Notes under the pieces: generated by a model
What the model saw: only the letters and a program-made list of their open reading frames with translations
What the model was told of the DNA's origin: nothing
Databases searched by the model: none
Shown: piece by piece, positions 1 through 11,756 of the stretch
How positions within the stretch are numbered: the first letter of the stretch is position 1
Layout of the letters: each line of letters opens with the position of its first letter
Assembly (NCBI RefSeq): GCF_004010195.1
Contig: NC_057728.1
Coordinates: 48,303,521 to 48,325,443 of the forward strand
Direction: 5' to 3'
DNA length: 21,923 nucleotides
Origin: Chiloscyllium plagiosum
Lineage: Eukaryota
Program-made: the position numbers and the translations under genes

Positions 1-335
1 ATTTTCACAGATTACTGCACGGGATCAAACTTTTCTGTGTTGCTGGTTTAAATTAGCAGGAGGGTTTACCCCATGATGTAACAATTTTTTTTCAGTATTC
101 CTTTCAAAATTGTTTATGAATAATGTTATATGAATGGTCTGTCTTGTATGTACAGTAAAGCATGACAGGGGACAGTAAATAATGTAGTGGCTTGACCACA
201 TTTTCATGAGAGAACTAACAAATTTTATTAACATAATAACTTACAAGACATAATAAAAAAAAACATGCTTCCACAGCTTTCTACATGCAGGCTGCGTTCC
301 ATGTGATCTGACATCACACTAACATAACACCCTTT

Positions 336-555
336 TAAAAATCACACAACATCAGGTTATAGTCCAACAGGTTTAATTGGAAGCACTAGCTTTTGGTGCG
401 ACGCTCCTTCATCAGGTGGTAGTGGCCACTATCACCTGATGAAGGAGCGGCACTCCGAAAGCTAGTGTGTTTCCAATTATACCTGTTGGACTATAACCTG
501 GTGTTGTGTGGTTTTTAACTTTGTACACCCCAGCCCAACTCCGGCATCTCCAAAT
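336..555 (+). mobile_element. Fold-back Penelope-like (PLE) terminal-repeat element, family A, with hammerhead core
   Basis: Inverted arms ~335-425 / 426-518 joined without spacer (agtgg|ccact), unique tail to ~555, flanked by a 13-bp TSD cataacacccttt (323-335, 556-568). Same sequence at 10687 and 12804. Confidence 0.75.
433..467 (+). ncRNA. Minimal type I hammerhead ribozyme motif (PLE-type)
   Basis: CAC-CTGATGA-A-GGAG-cggca-CTCC-GAA-AGCT-A-GTG: conserved core, 4-bp stem II, palindromic stem III (AGCT), CUA triplet, CAC/GTG stem I. Confidence 0.65.
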
Positions 556-619
556 CATAACACCCTTTGCATGTGTTCATTAGCTATTCTTAGAATAAGG
601 TGATAATTCACCCTTAATC

Positions 620-1020
620 TACAGTTTGGTTCCTGAAATGGACTAATAATTCACAAAACAGTCATTGGGATCCCACCATGACAGTTTTAAAACTCTCAGT
701 GAAAAGAAATCTGAAATTGAAAAGGCTGATTGGTACCTGTAAAAGTGATCCCAAATGTATAGGATTGTTCTAAAAATCCAACTTTTACTTTAAAAGCAGC
801 TTGCTATCCTTACCATATCTGGCTTGTATATCTGGCTTTAATAAAAGCTCTTGATAGAAAGGAGTTCCAAAGAAGGGACTTTGAAGTCGAAATCTTAACT
901 TTGTTTCTCTATCCACAGATTCTGCCAGATTGGCTGAATTTCTTTAGCATTTTCTATTTTTATTTTGTTTATTTTTAACTGCCCTCTGAAGTAGCCTAAC
1001 CCGTCAATTCTTTGTATCAA
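620..1020 (+). mobile_element. Old, decayed elasmobranch SINE-like repeat (family not assigned), interrupted by a family B element
   Basis: Shares blocks with 10810-11030 (aaatctg..aaag(g)ct; actgccctctga / gagtgctctctgg) and has a degenerate B-box-like gggatcccaccatg. Boundaries approximate. Confidence 0.4.
863..972 (+). mobile_element. Decayed PLE-type family B element (single arm)
   Basis: agtt-CCAAAGA-agg-gact-ttga-agtc-GAA-ATCT-T-aact followed by ttgtttctctatccacagattctgccagattggctgaatttctttagc, homologous to 2260-2325 and 12297-12365. Confidence 0.55.
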
Positions 1021-1101
1021 AAGAGGGAAAGATTTATAATTACTTTTTCAGTGCAACTAGGAATCTGTCATGGATGTTTACAGATGTGAATAGGGGCTAA
1101 T

Positions 1102-1920
<819 letters not shown>

Positions 1921-2106
1921 TAGTCAATTAAATTGTTTATATTTCAACTTCCATCTCTAACCTTTTCAGATGTCAAATGTAAATGTATTTATGTTCCATT
2001 ACCAAGTTCTCAGTGTTCTACATTTATTTACATACAGCTTATTTAATCACTGCCTTTGTAATGAAGAGGAGCTGGTTTGACCTACTGCCACTAATGTTTG
2101 AAAAGT

Positions 2107-2440
2107 GGGGTTAGTTAGCTCAGTTGAAGAACTGTGAATGCTGGAAATCAGGAACAAAAACAGAAATTGCTGGAAAATCTCAGCATGTCTGGCAACATCT
2201 ATGGAGAGAAATCAGAGTTAATGTTTCAGGTCCAGTGACCCTTCTTCAGAACTGGAACATTAACTCTGATTTCTCTCCACAGGTGCTGCCAGATCTGCTG
2301 AGATTTTCCAGCAATTTCGGTTTTTGTTTGTAGCTAGCTCAGTTGGCTAGCTGACTAGGGTGTGATGCAGAATAAAGCAAACGACATGGGTTCAATTCTC
2401 ATACTGGCTATGGTAGTTCAATGAGGTCCTGTCTCCTTAT
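2107..2440 (+). mobile_element. tRNA-derived SINE head (A box split by an insertion)
   Basis: A box TAGCTCAGTTGG (2335-2346, partial duplicate at 2116-2126) and B box GGTTCAATTCT (2389-2399). Confidence 0.55.
2127..2330 (-). mobile_element. Fold-back PLE-type element, family B, with hammerhead core
   Basis: Inverted arms ~2153-2225 / ~2256-2328. TSD tagttagctcagttg (2112-2126) vs tagctagctcagttg (2331-2345), 14/15. Minus-strand agtt-CTGAAGA-A-GGGTC-actg-GACCT-GAA-ACAT-T-aact at 2217-2253. Confidence 0.72.
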
Positions 2441-2463
2441 CCACCCCTATGTTTACCCTCAGG

Positions 2464-2464
<1 letters not shown>

Positions 2465-2497
<33 letters not shown>
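2465..2497. repeat. (TG)16 microsatellite
   Basis: Perfect TG dinucleotide run. Confidence 0.97.
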
Positions 2498-2500
<3 letters not shown>

Positions 2501-2888
2501 CCTCCCCCACAATCATTGTGGCTCCTTACAATACCCAATATTTGATCTGCCTGGCTCATCCTCTGTGGAGCTACCACAAGGTTTCAGACCCCAAAGTTCA
2601 GCCCTGCCATGCAGAAAGATGAGTTCTTTCGACTGTACTAAATGAATTCTTAGTCTACTGCATCAAAACCACTGCCTCACCTAGAGTGACCATTGTCTGG
2701 CAATCAGGAGTTGTACAAACTCTTTAGTCGCTCATATATTACAGTAATTTCTGAAGTACATGTTTTTCCAACTTCTCTCTGTAGCAAGTGATTGCTGATG
2801 TCAGTGTTATATCATCCTGTCATTAACATATCAATTCTTATTATAACATGGATACACCTTGGTTAAGATCATTGTTCTTATTATTTAG

Positions 2889-3095
<207 letters not shown>

Positions 3096-4085
3096 TAGTG
3101 AATGACTGACTACAGCGATAATGCTGTCAAAATGATAGAGCACTGGAGTGGTGGGTGAAATTTTTAACAGGCATTAGCGATCCTCTGTGAGAGCTGAGGC
3201 TAAACTGAAACATCAGTTTAGTCCATGCACAGCCCCATTAAGATAAAGAATCTGAAGTTATCATTTGGAACAGCAGCTCAGAGGCTCATTGAAGGTCTGA
3301 TTCTCACTAAAAATGCCTGATAGGATTCACTGAAGTGGCTGCACAGCAAATTGGTGGCTAATGCTTATCCTGAGTAATACTGTGCCGGAATAGTGACTAG
3401 CTATTGGGAATGCAACAAAGCAGTGATGTGGATTTGAAGCATTTAAAGGGATATCAACATTTCATGTTTAAATACTACTGAAGATTTGAAGAACTCTTCA
3501 GAAGACTTTCTTGGACACTTTGTCAAAGCTTCACCAAAGCTTCACCAAAACTCTCAACATTCATTCTGGACATTCTCTGAGGGCTTTGCCTAAAAGTTGT
3601 TCCCCTGGGTCTCTTTATGCAGTGTGTAGAAGTCACCAGGAGAAACTGAGTGCTCAATAAGAGTCTGCAAGAGGAATGAGGGGAGGAGGTGATGTCAGAC
3701 AGGACACTGCCAGCAACTGCAGGAAAAAGTGAGAGCTGGGTGGTGCCATGGCTTTCCCCTGTGCTACATATCACCTGTCCTCCCAGGGACCTCCTGTACA
3801 AAGCCTACAAGGCTGCTTTTAAGAGCCTGTGTGTCCTTTCCATCAGTCCCTGAGGTATCTTGCAATGTGATGTTCTGTGCCAGCCAGAGCACTTCGCACC
3901 TTCAGTAAAACTAAGTACAAGGATCCCACAAAGGCCCACTAAGCAGCATCTCAATGGTAGACGTGCAACTGTCTGATTTAATACATCAAGGCAAATTTGA
4001 AACATGGTAATCATCGCTTACCACAAAAATTGTGTGATTGCAAATAAGTGTCTTGCATTAACTCAACCCCCAGTATTTTGACAGA

Positions 4086-4158
4086 ACTTGGCAAGCTCAG
4101 TTGGTTAGAGACTGGGGCTCTTAACTTGAGGGTCAAGGATCCGAGACTATGCTAGATG
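4086..4158 (+). pseudogene. Decayed tRNA-Lys(CTT)-like sequence
   Basis: ggcaAGCTCAGTTGGTTAGAG-actggggCTCTTAActtgAGGGTC-aaggatccgag aligns by eye to the vertebrate tRNA-Lys-CTT layout. Anticodon CTT at 4120-4122; T arm and acceptor stem are degraded. Confidence 0.55.
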
Positions 4159-4218
4159 TTGTCATCCTGCATTATCGTTATTTCCATGTGTCAAGCCCAG
4201 CTGTGCAACGCTTGGCAT

Positions 4219-4666
4219 TAGTCACATCTGCTCCAGAGGTGTGAAATAATATCTCTGAACAGTTTGAATAGAAAATAGGTTAAATTTAAAAAAAATAGCT
4301 GATTTTGGAGCCCTTGTATGGTGCAATGGTAATGTCCCCATCCCTGGACCTGGCACTTGCTCCAAAGGTGTAATTCTAAACAGGTTGATTTAAAAAATTG
4401 ACAGCTTTTTTTGACATTGGGCTCACAGGGCACAGTGGTAGTGTCCCTGCCTCTGGACAAGGAGGCCTGGGTTCAAGTCTCACCTGCTTCAAATAATATC
4501 ACTGAGCAGGTTGATTAGAATATAGGCGAAACGAGGAATCAAGATTTAAAGCTTATTTTGATATTGAGCTTTTGTGCTGCACTGGTAGTGGCCCTATCTG
4601 TCTGCATTCAAGTCCCACCTGCCCCAGAGCTGTGTCATGACACATCTGAAAAGGTTGATTAAAATT
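4219..4666 (+). repeat. Tandem array of 3-4 degenerate ~120-145 bp tRNA-SINE-like units
   Basis: Recurrent tggtag/atgt/gccc (4328, 4436, 4583), ttcaagtc(c/t)cacctgc (4472, 4607) and aggttgatt (4382, 4508, 4652; variant agtttgaat at 4261). Confidence 0.7.
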
Positions 4667-5282
4667 TGATTAAAGTTCAGTTTTACCCTTTGTCCAAAAT
4701 AATATTTAAATTATAACCATGCAATAAAGTCAAACCAAATGACACTGTTGATGCTTCAGGCAAGATTGCTATATTGTGGGAAAGATAGTTGCAATGTTGA
4801 CTGTTGTTTTTTGTATCAATATTACCATGAATGTAAATTGAGTTCTTCATTAATTAATGATTACTTATACACAGATACCATTTTCTATGTATCAAGTTAA
4901 TGAAGTTTATTGGAAGTGGAACACATATCCGGTTGAAGCATATAATGTTGGCAACAAATATTTCTAAGCTAAATGCATATCATTCAGCTGCTTGAAAGTC
5001 ATTTACTCCATCAGTGGAATTTCCTCACCTCAGTTGTGGCAGAAGAAATAAGTTAGGTTGTAATTTTATATAAGCTCTAGAGCACTAGGTTATATGTCTG
5101 ATTATCTCTCAGTTAATCAAGCTTTAAACAATATTATTTTGTGGGCTTGTACCATAACGAGTTAGACATAAATCAGTCAAATTTTAAAAATGTGATCGAG
5201 AAGATTTTTTGACACCATCAGTTTGACCTAGATTTGAATTTAGTCCCTGAGTGTGAAAGGAGAATGCAGTAATATTAATTGA

Positions 5283-5525
<243 letters not shown>

Positions 5526-6239
5526 TGATTTAGCTTTGCAAAATCTAAATTAATTCTAGCATGTCATTCTTTTAATACTTGTCTCAAGTTATCTCCAGTA
5601 GACTTTACTGTGAAAGAGTTCCCTCAGTCAGACACCATGGGTGAAAATCTTGTGTAGTGGCATGGCAGTATTAAATGATGCAAATCTAACTATCATGGCA
5701 GTAATGGTAATAAAAGTCAGAATTAGTAATCTAATTCTCCAAGATCATCTCATTTACATAATTATTCACAGCTCTACATGTCAAATTTGAATATATAAAA
5801 GAGCACATTAGCTCTGAATGCAGGCAATTGCTCCATAATCAGGAATTAATTGGAAAGTAACATAATAGGGAAATGACCCATTTTTGCATTGCAGCTAGTT
5901 AAGTGAGTCGCAAATCTTTTGATTCTTTTCCAACTATTATCACTGTGCACTCCCACTATATCACTAGATCTGCAAGCTATTACCTCCCCAGTCACTTAAA
6001 CTTCCTTCCTCATCCTCAATCCTCTTTCCATCACCTTAGTTACATTTGAGCCACTCAATACCACCCTTAATCAGCCTCCACCTATCACCATCTAACACCA
6101 GTGAGGTTGACACACCAGCAGTGGGCTCCCCATTGATCCACAATCATCAAGTCAGGAAAGAGGGCCAAAAAGTGACATTGACTGTGCTGGCCAGATCTTC
6201 ACTGACCTTCTGCGCATAGTTCACATCTGGGAGACAGGG

Positions 6240-6430
6240 TGGGACCCGTGCCTGGAATATCTTTGAAGTTGCAGTGGAGAACAAGAGGAACCAGCTCTGG
6301 ATGGTCCAGGGCCAAGTATGGCAATGACCAGAAGGGCAAAACAAGGCAGCACTGGAGGGTCACGCAAGTCAGAATAATGGCAACCAGGTCCCAACATTGC
6401 ACCAAGTAATGGCACACAATTAAATGTACC
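6240..6430 (+). mobile_element. Possible decayed Myb/SANT-like fragment of a PIF/Harbinger transposon
   Basis: Broken-frame translation gives VAVENKRNQLW ... RSQHCTK*WHTIK, reminiscent of Harbinger Myb/SANT (R..QC.KKW). Weak, by eye only. Confidence 0.25.
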
Positions 6431-8425
6431 ACACCAAGAGAGTTGAGGACATCTTAGCAGTCAGTCACTCACCCAAGTGCATCTCCCGAAAGAAAATGTT
6501 TGCCCCTCCTCACTCTATGGAATGGGGAATAATCCTATGCTGATGACCTTAAAGAACTTAAATGCCATGTTCAAAAGACTTGATGATTTGACATGATTCA
6601 CCATAGACACTGACAGCCAGGCAACCAAGTCTGTTGGACTCAGTTCCATAGATTAATTTCCATAAGTACAAGGGACAATTGGTTGGACTTGGTCTACTGA
6701 AAGTTTTCTAGAAAAGACAATCAACATTCATAAAGTGAAAGGCATTTCCTTCCGCCAGTGTACCTCTATAGCACCCTCAACCTGCTGAGCATTAACGCAA
6801 CTCTCCCTCTATCAACCATGGCCTGAGTTTGGTTACTCTTGACCCTCCCACCCTCACCATGAGCCTTTCTTCAAACATCCCTGACCAAACTCTGTTCCTT
6901 ATGACCCCTCTTAGGGAAGCCAAGACCAGACCTGTAGCCATACCTCAATCCTGGGGGACAGCCTCCATCCACAAGTCTAAGAGTCAAGGATTAATGCTGA
7001 GAGGTCACATGGACCCAGCAGAAAAACCACACTGGATTTTGTAGGAGACAAATCTAGTATCAGGTTCTGCCTCATAATCTCAGCAACAATGTATATCAAA
7101 CAAATACTTAGTCAGTAGCATATAATAAACTAGTTTGTGTACGGTGGGAGTCTCTTTTTGTTAGACTACCAGCTGGTTTTCCTCTATCACATTAGACCGG
7201 GCAAGTCATAGAGAATGCTATCAAGAAAGAGAGTGGTGGCAGCAAATCTATCAGATGACTGTTACCATAATAAGCTATAGTGAGGATTCCTCTTGCAATA
7301 TGAACTACATTCCTGTCACATTTGCCACACCCAGTTGATGTAAGAGAAACAAACTGCCTGGAGTTCATGTGCAATCATTTCGGCTTGGTGGATTTTTATT
7401 GTGGGTTTGTGCTGAACCTTTTTGAGGTTGTGGCCTCTACAGCCCTATGCGATTTGGATATTACAATCAAACATCCATCTACTTCAGGCAAAAGCTTCTT
7501 GTGTCTGTCCAAAGTCCAAATGGAAATACATGTCGGCCACAGTATATTATTAAACTTACTGAACATGATGCACATGTAGCATAATGCCCAAGATAGATAG
7601 ACTCAAATATTTATATAAAGGCAAAAATAAACAAAATGGTAATGATTTTAGGACCTGGTCATATATTTTAGTCCGAATTTCCTCATGATTTAATGCTTGT
7701 GCTGGTATTCTTCCATCTTTGAGAGGTGATGGATACACAACAAATAAATCAATTTAGAAACACTGTGTGCATTTGGGAAAAGTATTTTCAAAAACAGCCA
7801 TCAAGGAAGTGATCCAAAAGTTCATCTGCAGTTCATATGGAAATCCTGAGGAACATGATGCAAACAGCAAAAATTTATTTCTGTTAATCTTGTGAAATTC
7901 AAGCAGCCGTGACAAACAACATTCTTTTTACTGCTTCCAGTCCACAGCATCACCACAGATCTATTTTCCACAATAATTTCAAAAGAAAACTTAATTAGGG
8001 AAAATATCTTTTCAGTTAGAAAATAGCAGAATCCCAAGGAAAGCCAAGAAGAGGGAAAAATCTAAGATTGAATTGCAACAAATGTATAGAACTAAATTGT
8101 AAATACAAACAAGAATGTCAATCATAATAAACTCCTTTCATTATTGTTAAAAGATCCGTCAATCAATTAATTGAAACTTCATGGAAACAAACAGAAGTTA
8201 TCCCAGGTGACAAGATATGATTTGAAGGGTGTTAAGGTTTTTTAAATCTGACCTGATATTTTATGTGTGAAACTGGTGAATGTGCTGTAATATTTATCTA
8301 TAATAAAGTCTGATTGCCAGCCATAACGCAATATGCAAAGTGTTAAGGAAATTATTTAAAACCTTTATGGGGATTAAAAAACAAAGAGAGATAATAAATT
8401 CATTGATGTCTGTACTTCTTTCCAG

Positions 8426-8546
8426 TGCCAATATGCGTACTTACATTTGTGCACAAGAGATGTTTTGAGGAGTAGAAAGCTACGAGGTGAACAAGAAAAT
8501 CCATTGTTTCCAATATATGAGAATGTCAACCCAGAGTATCACAGAG
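8426..8546 (+). CDS. PTPRB: PTPRB penultimate coding exon (CQYAYLHLCTRDVLRSRKLRGEQENPLFPIYENVNPEYHR)
   Basis: Acceptor cttctttccag|, donor G|gtatgc; 121 nt, phase 0/1. Q-loop QY and the PTPRB-diagnostic EQENPLFPIYENVNPEYHR tail. Confidence 0.96.
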
Positions 8547-8786
8547 GTATGCACATAGTCCTTAGGGGTAACTATTCCATGGAAAACTCTGTATTTTGTT
8601 TATTGAAAAGTATTCAGTTATTTTCTATTTATTTGAGTTAGTGACCAATGTGAGTTGTTTTGCAGGCATTACACTAAGGGGTTTTGGTGTTCATTTTAAC
8701 AGAAGTACCAGTGTTTTATCAAGTAAAATCATTTGCTAAGCCTATGTGAGATGGCATCAATTCAAACAGTAAATCCCCACAGCCTA

Positions 8787-9064
8787 ACCCAACAAGTCTA
8801 CACCAACCCTCCAAAGAGCATCACACCCAGACCCACACCCCACTTCCCTATCCTTGCATTTCCCATGGCTAACCTATTTAGCCTACACATCTCTAGACAC
8901 TTTGGATAATTTAGCCTGGCCAGTTCACCTAACCTGTGCATCTTTGGACTGTGGGAGGAAACTGGAGCAGCGGGCAGAAACTCACACAGACAGTGTGAGT
9001 CTGTGCTACATTGTTGGTGTTGGGAAGGACATGCAAATGCCACACAGACAGTTAGTTCCCCAAG
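8787..9064 (-). mobile_element. HE1/V-SINE-type SINE, 5'-truncated and decayed
   Basis: Homologous to 20908-21227 (ccaacaagtc.acacc; aatttagc.tggcca.ttcacct.acctg..catctttggactgtgggaggaaac.ggagca). Confidence 0.8.
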
Positions 9065-10370
9065 GTTATCATATACTTGAGTGTTGCCAGGCTATAGGAA
9101 TGTAAGTTTTTTTCTATCTAGTTGTTTTAAATATTCTATGGAACTATCTTGAGGTAGTCACCACCATGTTCCAATGAGACACAGCATAAACTGCCATTAT
9201 TACTCTTAACAGTCTCAAAGAGAAAGGCCTACCTGACACTGTACAAAATGTTGATAAATATGCCCTCGCTCTGATCTGTCCAGGACTTCACAAAGGTTTT
9301 GATCCTGCCTTTGAAATGGTTTTCTTGCTGCATTTATGAAACAGTTACTGAGAAATTTGGTCATGGAGATTTAGAGGAATTGCTGATCAACTACACAATC
9401 ATCCTTTTGTATTATTGCCAGTTGACCAAGAATCCAGGTTGAGTTTGTTCTCCTTCAGCAGATTTAAAAACTGTTCACACTGCTGCATCTTTGGAACTGA
9501 ACTGCTAGTTTTAATCAAACGATTGCCTGTGATGGGTGGGATGGATACTAGATTAAGGAAATAAAAAATAATCTTTACTTCTTCTCCTGCATATGTCAAA
9601 ATGTCCATCTGCCCTATCTCATCACCAATTCACTCTTGTTTCTGGTTAACTATATCAATATGGAACAGCCAGGAGGCAGAAAGTAGGTGGATTCATTATC
9701 TGCTGACAGGAAATATTTTCCAGGAAGTAACACCTGATGGAATTAGTACAAATGACTGTGCTAAATAGGACTTTAAGTATAAGAAAAGCATGTTAGCCTC
9801 TTCAGAATTGGCCCAGTGTAGTCACTATACTGATACGCACTTAACCAGAGTTCAAGAAAACAGATTGTTTCCATCTCCAGTTTTCACCATAAATCTAGAA
9901 ATGTTTTGATCACTCACTTATATGAATGGCAGACAAAGGTTTTGAGTATATCCTTCCAATAAACATTTGCTCAACTGAATACACCAACAATGTAGCACAA
10001 ATGTTGTGCCAAAATTAGAGAATGTTTCCAAACACCTCAGAGAAAAGAGGAAAAAAAAGACATTGAGTGAGAGGAAAACCAGGCTGCATGGAGATAGGTA
10101 GGCCAAAACAACCAGCTCAGGTGGCAGCCTCATACAGAAAACAGGTAAAAGTGATTTTCATGGTGGAGTGTGAAATGTATGGAATAGTAGGAGAATCCTA
10201 GCCTCCATGGTCCTTCAAACAACAGTAAAAACAAATGTCTTGGTCATTTATTTGCAGAAGCTTACTGTGCCAATGTTGGCTGCCATATTTCCAACATTAT
10301 AACGATGAATAATATATAATATGATGTAACTTGTATGATTTTCTTGTCTTTCGTTTTATATTACTGAACT

Positions 10371-10510
10371 GAACATTGCTGGAGAAATTCAGCAGGTACG
10401 GCAGCATCTGTCAGTAAGTTGACTGATGTTATCTGACATACTGAGTTTCCCCAGCAATTCTACTTTTGTTTCAGATTTCCAGCATCTGCAGTTCTTTTTT
10501 GTTTTATTTT
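10371..10510 (+). mobile_element. Fold-back PLE-type family B element with deleted centre
   Basis: attgctggagaaattcagcaggtacggcagcatc ... gatgttatctgacatactgagtttccccagcaat inverted arms, plus tail cagatttccagcatctgcagttc shared with 12367-12388 and 16673-16695. Confidence 0.6.
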
Positions 10511-10645
10511 ACTCTGCTTTTGTCCCAATTTATGTTATGAGGCCCATTCTGTAATGCCAACTAAACACCAAGAGTTGCTCTGATTGGATAACTGTAACTG
10601 TAAGATAAATTTTGACCTACTGACTGCTCATCATGACACACTGAG

Positions 10646-10669
10646 ATTTAATTTAATTTAATTTAATTT
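10646..10669. repeat. (ATTTA)4 short tandem repeat
   Basis: atttaatttaatttaatttaattt. Confidence 0.85.
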
Positions 10670-10678
10670 TGTCAAGAA

Positions 10679-10807
10679 TCAGGTGGCTAATGAAAGAGCA
10701 GCGCTCCGAAAGCTAGTGCTTTTGATTAAACCTGATGGACTATAACCTGGTGTTGTGCGATTTTTAACTTTGTACACCCCAGTCCAACACCGGCATCTCC
10801 GAATTCA
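10679..10807 (+). mobile_element. PLE-type family A element, single arm
   Basis: Near-identical to 436-555. Core CTAATGA (G>A) ... GCTCC-GAA-AGCT-A-GTG, preceded by a tiny inverted remnant tcaggtgg. Confidence 0.75.
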
Positions 10808-10809
10808 AT

Positions 10810-11030
10810 ATAAATCTGCAATAAAAAGCTAGCATAATGGTGACCGCATGAGCAATGTCAACCGGCACTTTTAAAAAATAGTGGTTTCAAATATGCTTTA
10901 AGGAAGTAAGTCTGAAGGAAATTTGACCTCCATGTCACTTTCAAAACCATAGCAATGCAGTTGACACTTGAGTGCTCTCTGGGCATTGTGGATGGCCAAT
11001 AAATGCTGGCATAGCCAGCTATATCGCATG
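10810..11030 (+). mobile_element. Decayed elasmobranch SINE-like body and tail
   Basis: Related to 690-1020. Ends in gggcattgtggatggccaataaatgctggcatagccagc, a tail I recall from shark SINEs; family not assigned. Confidence 0.45.
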
Positions 11031-11208
11031 TGCAAATTTCAATAAAAGTGACATTACAGGTTAGGAAGTAATGGATAATTTTCCAGTAATTTCTCAGAAG
11101 GCATTATCAGTGATTAGTAATTATGACACAATGAGAAAATGTGGAGTTATATTTCTAAATATGGAGAGAATGATGACTAATAGTTCTTTACATTTGCTGA
11201 CTCCATAG

Positions 11209-11231
11209 ACTTTCTATTTGGACGGCACTGA
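11209..11231 (+). CDS. PTPRB: PTPRB terminal coding exon, (D)FLFGRH-stop
   Basis: Branch-like gctgac plus tccatag| acceptor. G+AC completes Asp in phase 1, giving DFLFGRH*, the same length and RH end as mammalian DPVYSRH*. Followed by AU-rich sequence. Confidence 0.85.
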
Positions 11232-11740
11232 AGAATGTAGTGAAATTGTCTTCCGATGTAATGAACCTCATCTGCAGTACTGCTGAAGATGCACTAAGTA
11301 AATACTAGGTCTGGCATTTCATGCTGTGCATAATTTATTTGCCTGGTATTCATTTTGGGTAATTTGTAATTTAATTGTATTAGAGATTATTGTATATACG
11401 TATATATTTCAAATAAATATTTCTTATATTATGTATATTTTTAAAATTGATGGATTATGTATTTTATTTTACTTATTATAAAATTTATGTTGTAAGTAAA
11501 TACAAATCTGTATATGATTTTGTTTTATTAATTACTTTGATTTTTAAAGAGATTTATATTCACAATGTAATATTCTACACTATCCAAATTGTTTTAAATG
11601 AGCACAGTTGACATTTGGAAGGAAAATTGTAACTGGATGTACTTGAAAGGTAGTGTGCTGACACATTGAGTCCTTACACTGCAGAGATATTTGAGGGCTA
11701 AAGACTTTGAATAAACCTTATGGTCCAGCTTTGAAGTCTA
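11232..11740 (+). other. PTPRB: PTPRB 3' UTR (AU-rich), end approximate
   Basis: Follows TGA at 11229-11231; very AT-rich; ATTTA at 11333, 11369, 11483, 11552; TGTATATA at 11391-11398; no recognisable transposon sequence. Confidence 0.6.
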
Positions 11741-11756
11741 CGGTGTGATGTTCTTT
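11710..11756 (+). terminator. Candidate polyadenylation signal with downstream GU-rich element
   Basis: AATAAA 11710-11715 followed ~27 nt later by ggtgtgatgttcttt (11742-11756). Alternative AATAAA at 11412 and 11908. Confidence 0.45.

Noticed and set aside
336..518. Pre-miRNA or classical MITE
   Set aside because: Multi-copy, asymmetric tail, long TSD and variable centres among copies fit a retro-type fold-back element better.
4086..4158. Functional tRNA-Lys gene
   Set aside because: The T-loop reads GGATCCGAG rather than GGTTCGAG, and the acceptor and anticodon stems pair poorly.
4219..4666. CRISPR-like repeat-spacer array
   Set aside because: Eukaryotic intron; units are degenerate along their whole length; no cas genes.
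8547..8641. Alternative PTPRB C-terminus by read-through (GMHIVLRG...)
   Set aside because: There is a good donor at 8547 and a phase-compatible terminal exon at 11209; no evidence for intron retention.
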